Positions 1 to 8,349 of a stretch of 42,922 nt of DNA are shown here, one piece after another. Source of the stretch: a virus (taxonomy: Duplodnaviria > Caudoviricetes); IMG/VR virus record IMGVR_UViG_3300037589_000110, positions 1-42,922 of that record; one strand, 5' to 3'. Position 1 is the first letter of the stretch. Each line of letters begins with the position of its first letter. The notes under the pieces are model-generated. The model worked only from the letters and a program-made list of their open reading frames with translations. It made no database searches and was not told where the DNA came from. The position numbers were made by a program, and so were the translations under genes.

Positions 1-93
1 CCGTATAGCGGACCGCGACGCTACTGCAATTCCCCATACAACTAGGGAAAACAGTTAATGCCGGTCATGCCGCCCCTTGTGACCGGCAAAAAG

Positions 94-124
94 AACCCCG
101 CTTCAATGCGAAGCGGGGTTTCTG
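94..124. terminator. Intrinsic terminator, probably bidirectional (host)
   Basis: Perfect 11-bp inverted repeat AACCCCGCTTC (94-104) / GAAGCGGGGTT (110-120), flanked by an A-tract and a T-rich tract. Confidence 0.75.
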
Positions 125-245
125 TGTCGGCAAGTTCACTCGACTAGTCCAAATTGGCGGATTGAAACAATTTTATTGCCACAAGGTGAAATTCACCCTT
201 GCAGGAAATATCCTGCCAGTGTAGTTCATCCGCTAGCCAGCAAGT

Positions 246-322
<77 letters not shown>

Positions 323-487
323 TTTCCCCAAATATAATCTTTCCTGATCAAAGCGAATGTCCGGAAGTGCCGGATAGCGGTGACAAATATTTCCTGAAAA
401 CATCTCAAAGAACAGTCGGCCTTTACAAGCCAATGTCGCAGCTTGTAATGAGATGGGACTTGTCCTTAATTTTTTGCGGAAATTGAG

Positions 488-793
488 ATGTCAGCGCGCA
501 TTTACAAACCAGCCAAAACTGCAATGCAGTCCGGAAAAGCAAAAACGGATCGCTGGATTCTGGAATTTGAACCGGAAACGCCGCGAGAAATCGACCCATT
601 GATGGGTTACACGTCATCGTCCGACATGAAATCGCAAATCAGGCTTGAATTCGATTCCCTGGAAGCTGCGCAAACATACGCAGCCAGAAACGGAATCGCA
701 GCAGCTGTACAACAACCGCAGAAAGCCAAACGCCGGGTCATGTCCTACGCCGAGAATTTCAGTTCAAACCGGTCTTTGCCCTGGACCCATTGA
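488..793 (+). CDS. ETC complex I subunit (NDUFS4-like), host gene
   Basis: ARIYKPAKTAMQSG...DPLMGYTSS.DM..Q..L.F...SYAENF motifs typical of this alphaproteobacterial family. Confidence 0.92.
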   Translation: MSARIYKPAKTAMQSGKAKTDRWILEFEPETPREIDPLMGYTSSSDMKSQIRLEFDSLEAAQTYAARNGIAAAVQQPQKAKRRVMSYAENFSSNRSLPWTH

Positions 794-853
794 CGCCACT
801 ATGGCGCTTTCCGGTTGCAAGAATCCTTCTTTCAGTTATAGACGTGCTATTGG

Positions 854-930
854 GGTCCCGTAGCTCAGCTGGATAGAGCAACTGACTTCTAATCAGTAGG
901 TCGGGGGTTCGAATCCTCCCGGGATCGCCA
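854..930 (+). tRNA. tRNA-Arg(TCT), probable prophage integration target
   Basis: Acceptor stem GGTCCCG/CGGGATC, anticodon stem ACTGA/TCAGT with loop CT-TCT-AA, GTTCGAATC, CCA; phage genes begin immediately downstream. Confidence 0.97.
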
Positions 931-997
931 ATAAAACTAGTGAAATCAATGAGTTGTGAAAGGTGCATTTTTGCCCTCTCACCTCTATTTGCTAACG

Positions 998-1300
998 TTA
1001 GCAGGTTCCTGTTGTGTTTTTGAGGCGTTCTTCAGCGTTTTTTGTCCATACATTAACCGTTGAAAGCGCCAAAAAACTGCTTACCCGCTGGGCATGAGCC
1101 AGCCGCCACCCGAGGCTATATCTGAATTTCCATATGCGATGGACGTCCAGCGGTGACAGCGTCCACCCTTTGGATATTCGAACGTATCTCAAATACTGTC
1201 GGTGGGCTTGGTTATACGAACGGCCAGTTAATGCAGAAATTTCGTTGCAGATATGTAGATGCTCATTTTGAAGGCGCAGCAATTCATTGTTGTTTGTCAT
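998..1300 (-). CDS. Hypothetical phage protein, possibly HTH
   Basis: Last ORF of the leftward operon; overlaps the upstream gene; GGAGA RBS. Confidence 0.55.
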   Translation of the reverse strand: MTNNNELLRLQNEHLHICNEISALTGRSYNQAHRQYLRYVRISKGWTLSPLDVHRIWKFRYSLGWRLAHAQRVSSFLALSTVNVWTKNAEERLKNTTGTC

Positions 1301-1718
1301 GACTTCTCCCTACATCGTTGCGATACTCACCGCCGACCGGCTCCTGAAACAGGCGACTGTGATCCAGAGCAAGCAGCTTTTCGCGGGAGCCTTCTGCCAG
1401 GGTGTACCCCTGCCCCCAAATGGTTTGGATAACAACGCCAAAAGGCGCCAGCTTTTTACGTACCTTGCACACGAAAACATCGATGATTTTCAATTCGGTT
1501 TCCGGCTCCTGCAGGTACAGCAGCCTGTGAAGTGCCTCTCGGTGCACCCGGCTACGTTTGAGCAATACCCGGCAGATTTCTTCCTCCTTAGCCGTCAACA
1601 TTAATTCCGGTGCAGCCATCCACTCATCGTGCACGTTCTCTGATCGCAGGATTGCGATGGTTTCTCGCAGCTCTTCATTTTCGCGCTCAAGCACGTCTAT
1701 CCTAGCCTGCATGTCCAT
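1284..1718 (-). CDS. CtrA-like OmpR/PhoB winged-helix DNA-binding protein with no receiver domain
   Basis: LT.KE...LY..EPETELKIIDVFVCKVRKKL...IQTIWGQGYTL closely matches the CtrA C-terminus as recalled; the N-terminus is a short coiled coil. Confidence 0.85.
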   Translation of the reverse strand: MDMQARIDVLERENEELRETIAILRSENVHDEWMAAPELMLTAKEEEICRVLLKRSRVHREALHRLLYLQEPETELKIIDVFVCKVRKKLAPFGVVIQTIWGQGYTLAEGSREKLLALDHSRLFQEPVGGEYRNDVGRSHDKQQ

Positions 1719-2544
1719 GTCGTTCCTTCCAGATATCTCGAACGTCGCTGCCCAGTAGCGCCGTGATGCACTCCCAGTTTCGCTTACCGCTCTCAGCTGA
1801 TAGTTTCTTCCCCAGATGGGATATATGATTACCTCTGCGTCGCACGGCCGTTTGAATGTCAGCGTCGGCTTCCCTGTTCATGAAATCGGGGTGCTTGGAC
1901 ACCAATACTCGAATGGCTTTGATGACGACTGACGGCACTGGTGTGAGCTTTCCATATGCCACAATCTCACAGACCCGGCGTAATGCAGCTGGACCAGCAG
2001 AAGTATAGATCTGCATAAGCGATTGAACAGCTACCGTATCGCCTGGCTCATAGACCAGCTTGGGTGACTTCAAGATTTTCAAACCAGCCTCGGTGGCGAT
2101 ACGTTGCACCGCTATTGCATCTTCATTGCCTGCAGCAACACGCGCATGAAATAGCTGCGGTGGTGTGATGGCGATGCGGTCAGCGTTATGGCGCACGAAA
2201 GCTTCTGCCCGCTCGGAAAAAGCACCAGCCTTCACCACCAACACGGGAATGGAATTGATGTGTGGATGCGTAGCTGCAGCGATCGCGGTATGCTGTCCGT
2301 CAATGACCTCGTAACCGTTCTCATGCTCGACAACAATTGGCGGCTTCATCCGATTCCAGTTCCAGTCGCGCACGACTTTGCGGATCAAGGATATTGAGCG
2401 TTTGGAAAGGCCGCGCTGGTACTTCTCATCGACAAATAGTGTCGTCGGCCGCATCCACTCAAACCGTGGCAGTTCACCAAGATCCTGACTGTGATTGATG
2501 GACGGCAGCCGCAGCGGCCGTATCAGGCGAAGTTCTCCTGTCAT
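1702..2544 (-). CDS. ParB/Srx-like domain protein (DUF6551-like)
   Basis: L.VDEKYQR...PPIVV...YEVIDGQH motif. Confidence 0.75.
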   Translation of the reverse strand: MTGELRLIRPLRLPSINHSQDLGELPRFEWMRPTTLFVDEKYQRGLSKRSISLIRKVVRDWNWNRMKPPIVVEHENGYEVIDGQHTAIAAATHPHINSIPVLVVKAGAFSERAEAFVRHNADRIAITPPQLFHARVAAGNEDAIAVQRIATEAGLKILKSPKLVYEPGDTVAVQSLMQIYTSAGPAALRRVCEIVAYGKLTPVPSVVIKAIRVLVSKHPDFMNREADADIQTAVRRRGNHISHLGKKLSAESGKRNWECITALLGSDVRDIWKERHGHAG

Positions 2545-2586
2545 TCGGTGCTACTCGTATTCTCGGGCTTGATGATGTTGATGTAG

Positions 2587-2910
2587 TCAGTCATCACGTA
2601 TCCTTTCGCTTCCGTAGAAGTATTTTTTCAGGTGACTTTCTTTCAACGCTGTGACAATCGCTTCCTGTTCTTCAAGGCCGTACTCCCAAGCCGGGATTTT
2701 ATTGTCCTGCCCGCTTACAATTCCCATCACTCTGCCTGATCCTGTCAGCGCCAATGAAAAGGATGAAACCTTTCTTGGTATCAGCCACATAACAATCAAA
2801 GATTGCGCGTCTTCATCCCATTCGATTGTAGCCTTGCCGGGGTAAGGAACTCCAGCCAGGTTCATTAGGTTGTCCAGATAGCTGAACATATATGGATTAG
2901 GGCTGCTCAC
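2587..2910 (-). CDS. Hypothetical protein
   Basis: In operon, overlaps upstream gene, GGAGG RBS. Confidence 0.6.
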   Translation of the reverse strand: MSSPNPYMFSYLDNLMNLAGVPYPGKATIEWDEDAQSLIVMWLIPRKVSSFSLALTGSGRVMGIVSGQDNKIPAWEYGLEEQEAIVTALKESHLKKYFYGSERIRDD

Positions 2911-3193
2911 TCACTTCCTCCCTTGTTAATGGGGCGGGTCCGAGGGTTCTATTCCTGTGCCGTCTAAGGTCTGCCAAACGATGCTGAAGTTCCGCTGTAC
3001 GTTTCTTGCTTTCAGCGATGAACTTCTCGCTTTCAACTTTTCTTTTTTGGTACTCCTTGCGCCGCAAACGGAGATTTTCTTCTAGTTCTTTCATCTGTTG
3101 CCTGTACCAGATGGAGCATCCCCCAATAACCAGAACAGGCATGAACAAGATGAACAGGACAGCAATACTCAATAGTGCATCACTCACACTCAC
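2897..3193 (-). CDS. Single-pass membrane protein with coiled coil
   Basis: Hydrophobic N-terminal helix followed by a charged coiled coil. Confidence 0.6.
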   Translation of the reverse strand: MSVSDALLSIAVLFILFMPVLVIGGCSIWYRQQMKELEENLRLRRKEYQKRKVESEKFIAESKKRTAELQHRLADLRRHRNRTLGPAPLTREEVSEQP

Positions 3194-3220
3194 TCTCTCC
3201 CTTGTTCGTGGGGTGGATGA

Positions 3221-3442
3221 TCAAAATGGGATATCATCATTCACCATTTTAAAGTGTTTGACTGCTGGAGCCTTTGAAACGACAGCAGCCGTTGCCTTCA
3301 TGACGTAAAAAATCTGATCAGGGTTACATCTGCTCAGCCTTTCTGCCTCCCGAACTGCTTCAGCTTTATTCGAATGCCTGTATCTGCTGGCCGGGCTATC
3401 GTCTCTCCAGACCTTCCAGAAAATAAGAAGTTCCTCTTTCAT
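3221..3442 (-). CDS. Small phage protein (paralogue 1) ending in DDIPF
   Basis: W.VW...RH....A..EA.RL....P...FYV motif shared with 4529-4780 and 4780-5082. Confidence 0.75.
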   Translation of the reverse strand: MKEELLIFWKVWRDDSPASRYRHSNKAEAVREAERLSRCNPDQIFYVMKATAAVVSKAPAVKHFKMVNDDIPF

Positions 3443-3445
3443 CCT

Positions 3446-4516
3446 TCACTCTCCTGTATGTGTGGTGGGGGGCTGTTCCCATGCCGCTGGAAATTCTCGA
3501 TGCAGCACGCCGTCAAGATGCGCACCAGCCGCTTTCTTGCCTACGCGTTTCATCACCCAACCTTGATGATCTATGCACCCATGATCCTCGTCGCAGTAGT
3601 ATCCACATTCCTTGCGACCCTGTACGATTTCAAGGACTGGCTTTTTCTCCTTCCCGGCCCATAAGCCGTATTCGTCCAGTTCTTCACGTACGACAGGAGC
3701 CCACTCTCCCCATTGCTTGAAGAAGAAAGGAACTTCTGCGTCCTTGCATTGGTCGCGCAGCGATAGAGCCCATTTGGGATGCATCAGCCTCGCGCCGGGT
3801 CCGCTCTCGCCACCGGTGATTACCCAATCAAGACCTTTTCGACACCGTTCGTCGTGATGGTGATGGAGAACTCTTGGATCGGTTTCATGCAGAATGCCGT
3901 GAATGACGTGTCCAGCACGCCCCTGATGTTGGTGTCTGCCGTCGCAACCTCGTTGACCTCCTATCCAGAGCGTGCCACCGATTGACTTTTCTAAGTCGAC
4001 CGGGCCAAGCAATGGTTCGCAAGATAAAAATAAGACAACAGCGTCAATTTTCAGCAGTTCTGGAATGCGCCGGTCTGCCTCAATCTGATTTTCAACTGTC
4101 GTGCCAAGCCAGACATTCGGATATCCATCACCCCAATCAGCCGGGAGATACCGCTTGATGTTTTGCGGACGTTTGGTGAGCAGGAGGAAATCAAGGTTCT
4201 TACACTCTCGAATGGTGCGCCACATACCATCACGCCATTCCTGCTGGATGCTTTTGTGGTTGTCGAATACATCGGCCAATGAAGCAACGAACACGCGCTC
4301 ACGTTGCCCGGTTCCTTCAAGGCGCTTGTTCCACTTGATTGGATTGCCTTGCGTCTTTGTTCGCTGACGATCTGCATGCGGCCCCCAAACATCACGCCCA
4401 ACACGCTTTGACCAGTCTTCCGCATAACAGTGGTCACATGCCGGTGAAATCTTGGTACAGCCTACCCATGGATTCCATGTGTGGTGTGTCCATTCAATGC
4501 CGCTATTTTCAGCCAT
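3446..4516 (-). CDS. Phage Gp37/Gp68 (DUF5131) family protein
   Basis: IEWT.HTWNP..GCTKISPACDHCYAE, LLTKRP, SCEPLLG, WVITGGESG and FFFKQWG motifs. Confidence 0.92.
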   Translation of the reverse strand: MAENSGIEWTHHTWNPWVGCTKISPACDHCYAEDWSKRVGRDVWGPHADRQRTKTQGNPIKWNKRLEGTGQRERVFVASLADVFDNHKSIQQEWRDGMWRTIRECKNLDFLLLTKRPQNIKRYLPADWGDGYPNVWLGTTVENQIEADRRIPELLKIDAVVLFLSCEPLLGPVDLEKSIGGTLWIGGQRGCDGRHQHQGRAGHVIHGILHETDPRVLHHHHDERCRKGLDWVITGGESGPGARLMHPKWALSLRDQCKDAEVPFFFKQWGEWAPVVREELDEYGLWAGKEKKPVLEIVQGRKECGYYCDEDHGCIDHQGWVMKRVGKKAAGAHLDGVLHREFPAAWEQPPTTHTGE

Positions 4517-4528
4517 CTATTTTCTCCA

Positions 4529-4780
4529 TCAAAATGGTATCCCGTCGTCTTCGCACTGGACATGAGGCTTTTGTTTTTTCAGCTTGCATTCGACAATTTC
4601 GGGTTCTTTTGTCCGGAATGCACAAATTGAAGCCAGCACATAGAAGTTTTCGCCCGGGAAGATTCGAGCAAGGCGATGAGCTTCATTGACTGCAGCCCTT
4701 TTGCTGTGATGGCGGAAGCTTGTGGATTGCGCAGACTCGCGTAGCACCATCCAGATTCGGGAAATCTCCGGTTTCTTCAT
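4529..4780 (-). CDS. Small phage protein (paralogue 2) ending in EDDGIPF
   Basis: WMV...FRH.S..AA.NEA.RLA...PG..FYVL motif. Confidence 0.75.
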   Translation of the reverse strand: MKKPEISRIWMVLRESAQSTSFRHHSKRAAVNEAHRLARIFPGENFYVLASICAFRTKEPEIVECKLKKQKPHVQCEDDGIPF

Positions 4781-5082
4781 TACTCTTCCTCGCGACGTGT
4801 CTCGTCAGGCGCGTCGTTCATTTCGTAGCGGTGCGCTTGGGCAGGAGCGGCATGGAACACACTGACCGCCTCAAACACGTAGCAATTCACACCTGGCTTA
4901 TTTGCAGAAATGCTTTGCGCGTGCTGTTCTGCCTCTTGCAAGCTCATGAACGATGGAGGCTTTTCGTTCCATTTGCCGGTTACAACGACCCAGTGTCGCC
5001 ACGTTCTGGGATGAGGGACTTTGCCTGTCTTGATATCATCCAATGTCACCATGTGCGTACTCAGCCTCCCGGTATGAAACAC
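4780..5082 (-). CDS. Small phage protein (divergent paralogue 3)
   Basis: W.VV...S..EAE..A......PG...YVF motif; stop codon overlaps the next start. Confidence 0.65.
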   Translation of the reverse strand: MFHTGRLSTHMVTLDDIKTGKVPHPRTWRHWVVVTGKWNEKPPSFMSLQEAEQHAQSISANKPGVNCYVFEAVSVFHAAPAQAHRYEMNDAPDETRREEE

Positions 5083-6749
5083 GCCTCTGATGCGCGGACG
5101 TGCTTCGGTTGCGGATAATCGGCCAGCCCAAGCGATTTGAGCCGGCCCACATAATTGTTGAAACCACCCCCGGTTGGCTCGTAGCCGCTGGCCTGCGCCA
5201 ATTCCTCTTTTGTCATTTCGCTTGGATAAGCATCCATCAGCACTTTCAGGATCCGGCCGACGGATGCCGGCACCAATGTCATGATGCGTTGCTCGAGCTC
5301 GTCTTGGGTAAGCACGTCCTCTACGGTCGCAGTCTCCCTGCCCATATCGGTCAGTGCCACCACGCCGGGCTGTGGGTAGTCGACATAGCCGCCGCTGCGC
5401 AGCTTCCCGACCAGATTATTGAACCCGCCCCCCTTATGGCTATAGCCAGCAAAGAATGCGACCGGCACCTTGGAGGGCTGATCGATGCCAAGCACTTCCA
5501 GCTGCCGAACGGCGTTCAGTACCTTCATCTGCGAGTTGGATAGTTCTCCACTGTCACTTACGATGGGCTTTGACGCTGGTTTTGTTGGTGAAACGGTATC
5601 AGCTAGCTGCAGATCGGAGGTTGCCTTCACCAGGGTACGGGTGGGCGCTACGCCTTTTTCTTCCGCAAGTTTGGCTTTGAATTCGGCCAGCATCTGTGTG
5701 GTGGCGTTACTGGCGATCACCTCCATGGCCGTAACCGCTTTATCCCGGCCGCTTTTGAACCCCGCATCCCATGCTCGCTCGATCTTTGCGTTCAAGGCAT
5801 CAGGGCTAAGCGATGGGTTGTTTTTCTGCACCCGCGTCAATTCACGCTTAGCGGCGGCGAGCTCGCGCCGCAAATCCTCGATCGTCGTTACTTCGGCCTC
5901 GGCTTCTTTAGGCAGTTCTGTTAGCGAGGCCATAATCTCGCGAACCTTTTTCGATGGTGGCGGTGGTTCGATGGCGCCCTGCCCTGCCCGCTGGTGTGTA
6001 GTTTCCACCGCACCGACACGGATGCGGCTGACGTCATTCAAAAGAGCCGGACCGAACGCATAGAACTCACCGGCCTCAAGGTTGCGCAGCGTCTGCTGCT
6101 CTTCCCGGCCGGAAAACCCAAGTTCGTCCGCCGCTCGTTTCATGTCGAGGTCGAGACCGGCACGGCCAATCAGCTTGTTGTTGCATTCGGCAGCCGCATC
6201 CTTATGCAATTTACTGATCCGCTGGGTAGCAAGGATGCCGCAGAAGCCCCGCTTGCGCCCGCGTGTCATAAGGTCGATCACTGCGCCGAGACTTTCGGCC
6301 TTGCCAGTCTGTGGGGCAAATACGTGCGCCTCATCGACCACCACCAGCACTGGTCGCCACAGCCGCTTTGGAGCGTTGACAAGAGCATTCAGGAATGTTC
6401 TCACGAATGCAGCCCGCTCGTGAGCTTTCAGCTCGTAGATATCGGCGATGGTCGACACGCCGAGCTCGAGAACCTTCTCTGCAAGCAGCTTCGCGGTCTT
6501 TGGGTGGGCAACGCAGTCGCCATCCTGCGGTCTCGCCAGCAGATAATCATGCTGCTCGCGCAAGGTGCTGAATTCGCCTTCCGGGTCGATCACGATGTGC
6601 TGGATATGCCGAGCCGTGTCTTCGAGCAGTTTACGAACCGCCCAGGACTTGCCTGCCCCGGAGTTGGCCACCACCAGCATACGGGTTTCCACCAAGCGCT
6701 CTACATCGATGGCGACGTTCTCTCCGGCATCCGTTACCGCAAAAGACAT
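5061..6749 (-). CDS. HerA/DUF87-type P-loop ATPase with two C-terminal winged-helix-like repeats
   Basis: Walker A ANSGAGKS, IDPEGE, Walker B VVVDEAH, RGRKRG, ATQR; duplicated GY...GGGFNN.VG.L.S.G..DYPQP. Confidence 0.85.
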   Translation of the reverse strand: MSFAVTDAGENVAIDVERLVETRMLVVANSGAGKSWAVRKLLEDTARHIQHIVIDPEGEFSTLREQHDYLLARPQDGDCVAHPKTAKLLAEKVLELGVSTIADIYELKAHERAAFVRTFLNALVNAPKRLWRPVLVVVDEAHVFAPQTGKAESLGAVIDLMTRGRKRGFCGILATQRISKLHKDAAAECNNKLIGRAGLDLDMKRAADELGFSGREEQQTLRNLEAGEFYAFGPALLNDVSRIRVGAVETTHQRAGQGAIEPPPPSKKVREIMASLTELPKEAEAEVTTIEDLRRELAAAKRELTRVQKNNPSLSPDALNAKIERAWDAGFKSGRDKAVTAMEVIASNATTQMLAEFKAKLAEEKGVAPTRTLVKATSDLQLADTVSPTKPASKPIVSDSGELSNSQMKVLNAVRQLEVLGIDQPSKVPVAFFAGYSHKGGGFNNLVGKLRSGGYVDYPQPGVVALTDMGRETATVEDVLTQDELEQRIMTLVPASVGRILKVLMDAYPSEMTKEELAQASGYEPTGGGFNNYVGRLKSLGLADYPQPKHVRASEACFIPGG

Positions 6750-6751
6750 AT

Positions 6752-8041
6752 TTATTTCCTCCGCTTTTCAAGCTTTTCAATCGCCGACGCCCCAGCCAGG
6801 CCGGTACGAACTGAATAGACTTCGAGCATCTGGTTGATCGTGGTAAGGGAATGTCCGGTAATATCGCGGATCTGCTCTTTCGAGCAGTTCACTTCATAAA
6901 GACGCGTGACGGTGGTTCTTCGCAGGTCTCGGCGCTGTAGCCCCTCACACTCCGCCGCCTGCTGATATCGCCGCCACAGCTTGGGAAAACCGCCCGCAGA
7001 GGACTTGTAGGGTTTGCCTGTCCTGCTTTGGATAAAGTACAGGCTGGGCACTTTTTGCTTCTTGTTCATCTCCATGAAAAGCAGGAGCTCCTGCAGCAAA
7101 TCGCGATGGCATCGGATCCACACCAGTGCATTGCGCTTGGATTGTCGAACCGACAGGCCCCAGTCGGAAATCTCCTGCGGGTTTCCGGCATCGTCATAAA
7201 TCGTGAGATGGCGATGCTCGAGTTGGTCTACTCTCATCCGCAGAACGTCACCCAAGCGCTGGCCGGTCATCACCAACAGGAGGTATGCCCGCAGGAGCAT
7301 TCGGTTGGGTGGAAGATAGTCCGGCTCACCGGCAAGACCGTGGCCGTTCCGGCATACTTCCAGAAACCGTGCCTCTTGCTCGTCGTTCCACACTGCTTCC
7401 CGCGGTACGATACCCTGCTTGACACCGAAGCGCCGCAAACCACGGGCGAAATTGAAGCCAGGCGGCAGCCCGAACTTGCTTTTGTTTTCCAGCGCCACTT
7501 TTTGCAGGTTGCCAAGGCAGACCATGACCTTGTTTGCGGTTCGTGGACCCGATTGAGCCCGCACGTCATCACGCAGCGCAGCCGTTAATTCTTCATCCAG
7601 CAGATTGACGTCGAAAATTCCCCAGCGTTCAACGATCAGGTCGAGTTGTGCCTTGTAGTCGCGCTGTGTCGATTCCGAGAGTGTGGACCAAATTTCGTGA
7701 GGCTCTATGCCCTCTTCTTCATCACCCCGATAAAGCTGCATGAGATGGGCAACACTGCCAGCGATGACGCCACCGCTTTTCTGCTTTGCGGCAACGGCAT
7801 TAATTTTGGTCATCCAGCTGTCATAAGCCTGCCGAAACTTGATATCGGATGGGGAAAGCCCGGTGGGCATCATCACACTTTTGGTGGGTTTTCCGGTCAC
7901 CATTGGCAACAAAGAATGCCTAAGCTGCCAATAAACGGCGTCCGGCTTGTTCTTGTTTTTCCGCGTTACTTTGGAGATGTGCGGAAACTTGCTGACTGTC
8001 TCGACCATTTCGGACTCCGTGCTGCTTAAGACCCGTGTCAT
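6752..8041 (-). CDS. int: Tyrosine recombinase / phage integrase
   Basis: TGQR, QSK, DLRRT, ITGH and a downstream Tyr (LEVY) give the catalytic pattern. Confidence 0.9.
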   Translation of the reverse strand: MTRVLSSTESEMVETVSKFPHISKVTRKNKNKPDAVYWQLRHSLLPMVTGKPTKSVMMPTGLSPSDIKFRQAYDSWMTKINAVAAKQKSGGVIAGSVAHLMQLYRGDEEEGIEPHEIWSTLSESTQRDYKAQLDLIVERWGIFDVNLLDEELTAALRDDVRAQSGPRTANKVMVCLGNLQKVALENKSKFGLPPGFNFARGLRRFGVKQGIVPREAVWNDEQEARFLEVCRNGHGLAGEPDYLPPNRMLLRAYLLLVMTGQRLGDVLRMRVDQLEHRHLTIYDDAGNPQEISDWGLSVRQSKRNALVWIRCHRDLLQELLLFMEMNKKQKVPSLYFIQSRTGKPYKSSAGGFPKLWRRYQQAAECEGLQRRDLRRTTVTRLYEVNCSKEQIRDITGHSLTTINQMLEVYSVRTGLAGASAIEKLEKRRK

Positions 8042-8073
8042 GGACTGCGTCCTTTCCCGCCTAAGTCAAGGGT

Positions 8074-8349
8074 CTACGAGGTTCTGGCGCCGCCCCGGCG
8101 GGCGGCTTCCATCATGCGAACTTTGGCGCCTGTGGTACTTCCATTGATGCCCAACGCCGCATCGACCAGGTCACGCCTGTGAAACCGTTCTCGACGTTCC
8201 ACGCCCTGATATCCGCCTTCGCGCAGCAAAACCCGCATCGCTTGCCAGTTCTGCTGCGTTCTGCAGTCGAGATAGGCGCGCAACGTCTTCATCGTCATGA
8301 TGGCCGGCCACTGCTGAATTGTGATGGGGAGAGGCGCCGTCTCGTTCAT
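8074..8349 (-). CDS. Putative excisionase-like small DNA-binding protein
   Basis: Small basic ORF directly upstream of int; WPA.M......YLD...F.R..VDAAL pattern. Confidence 0.55.
   Translation of the reverse strand: MNETAPLPITIQQWPAIMTMKTLRAYLDCRTQQNWQAMRVLLREGGYQGVERRERFHRRDLVDAALGINGSTTGAKVRMMEAARRGGARTS

Noticed and set aside
998-1300. Possible GcrA-like protein completing the cell-cycle set
   Set aside because: Only vague HTH-like and WT..EE.L resemblance, in the wrong order; not supportable without a profile search
5061-6749. HerA as part of a Sir2-HerA or nuclease-HerA defence system
   Set aside because: No Sir2 or nuclease partner nearby; the gene sits in the early operon
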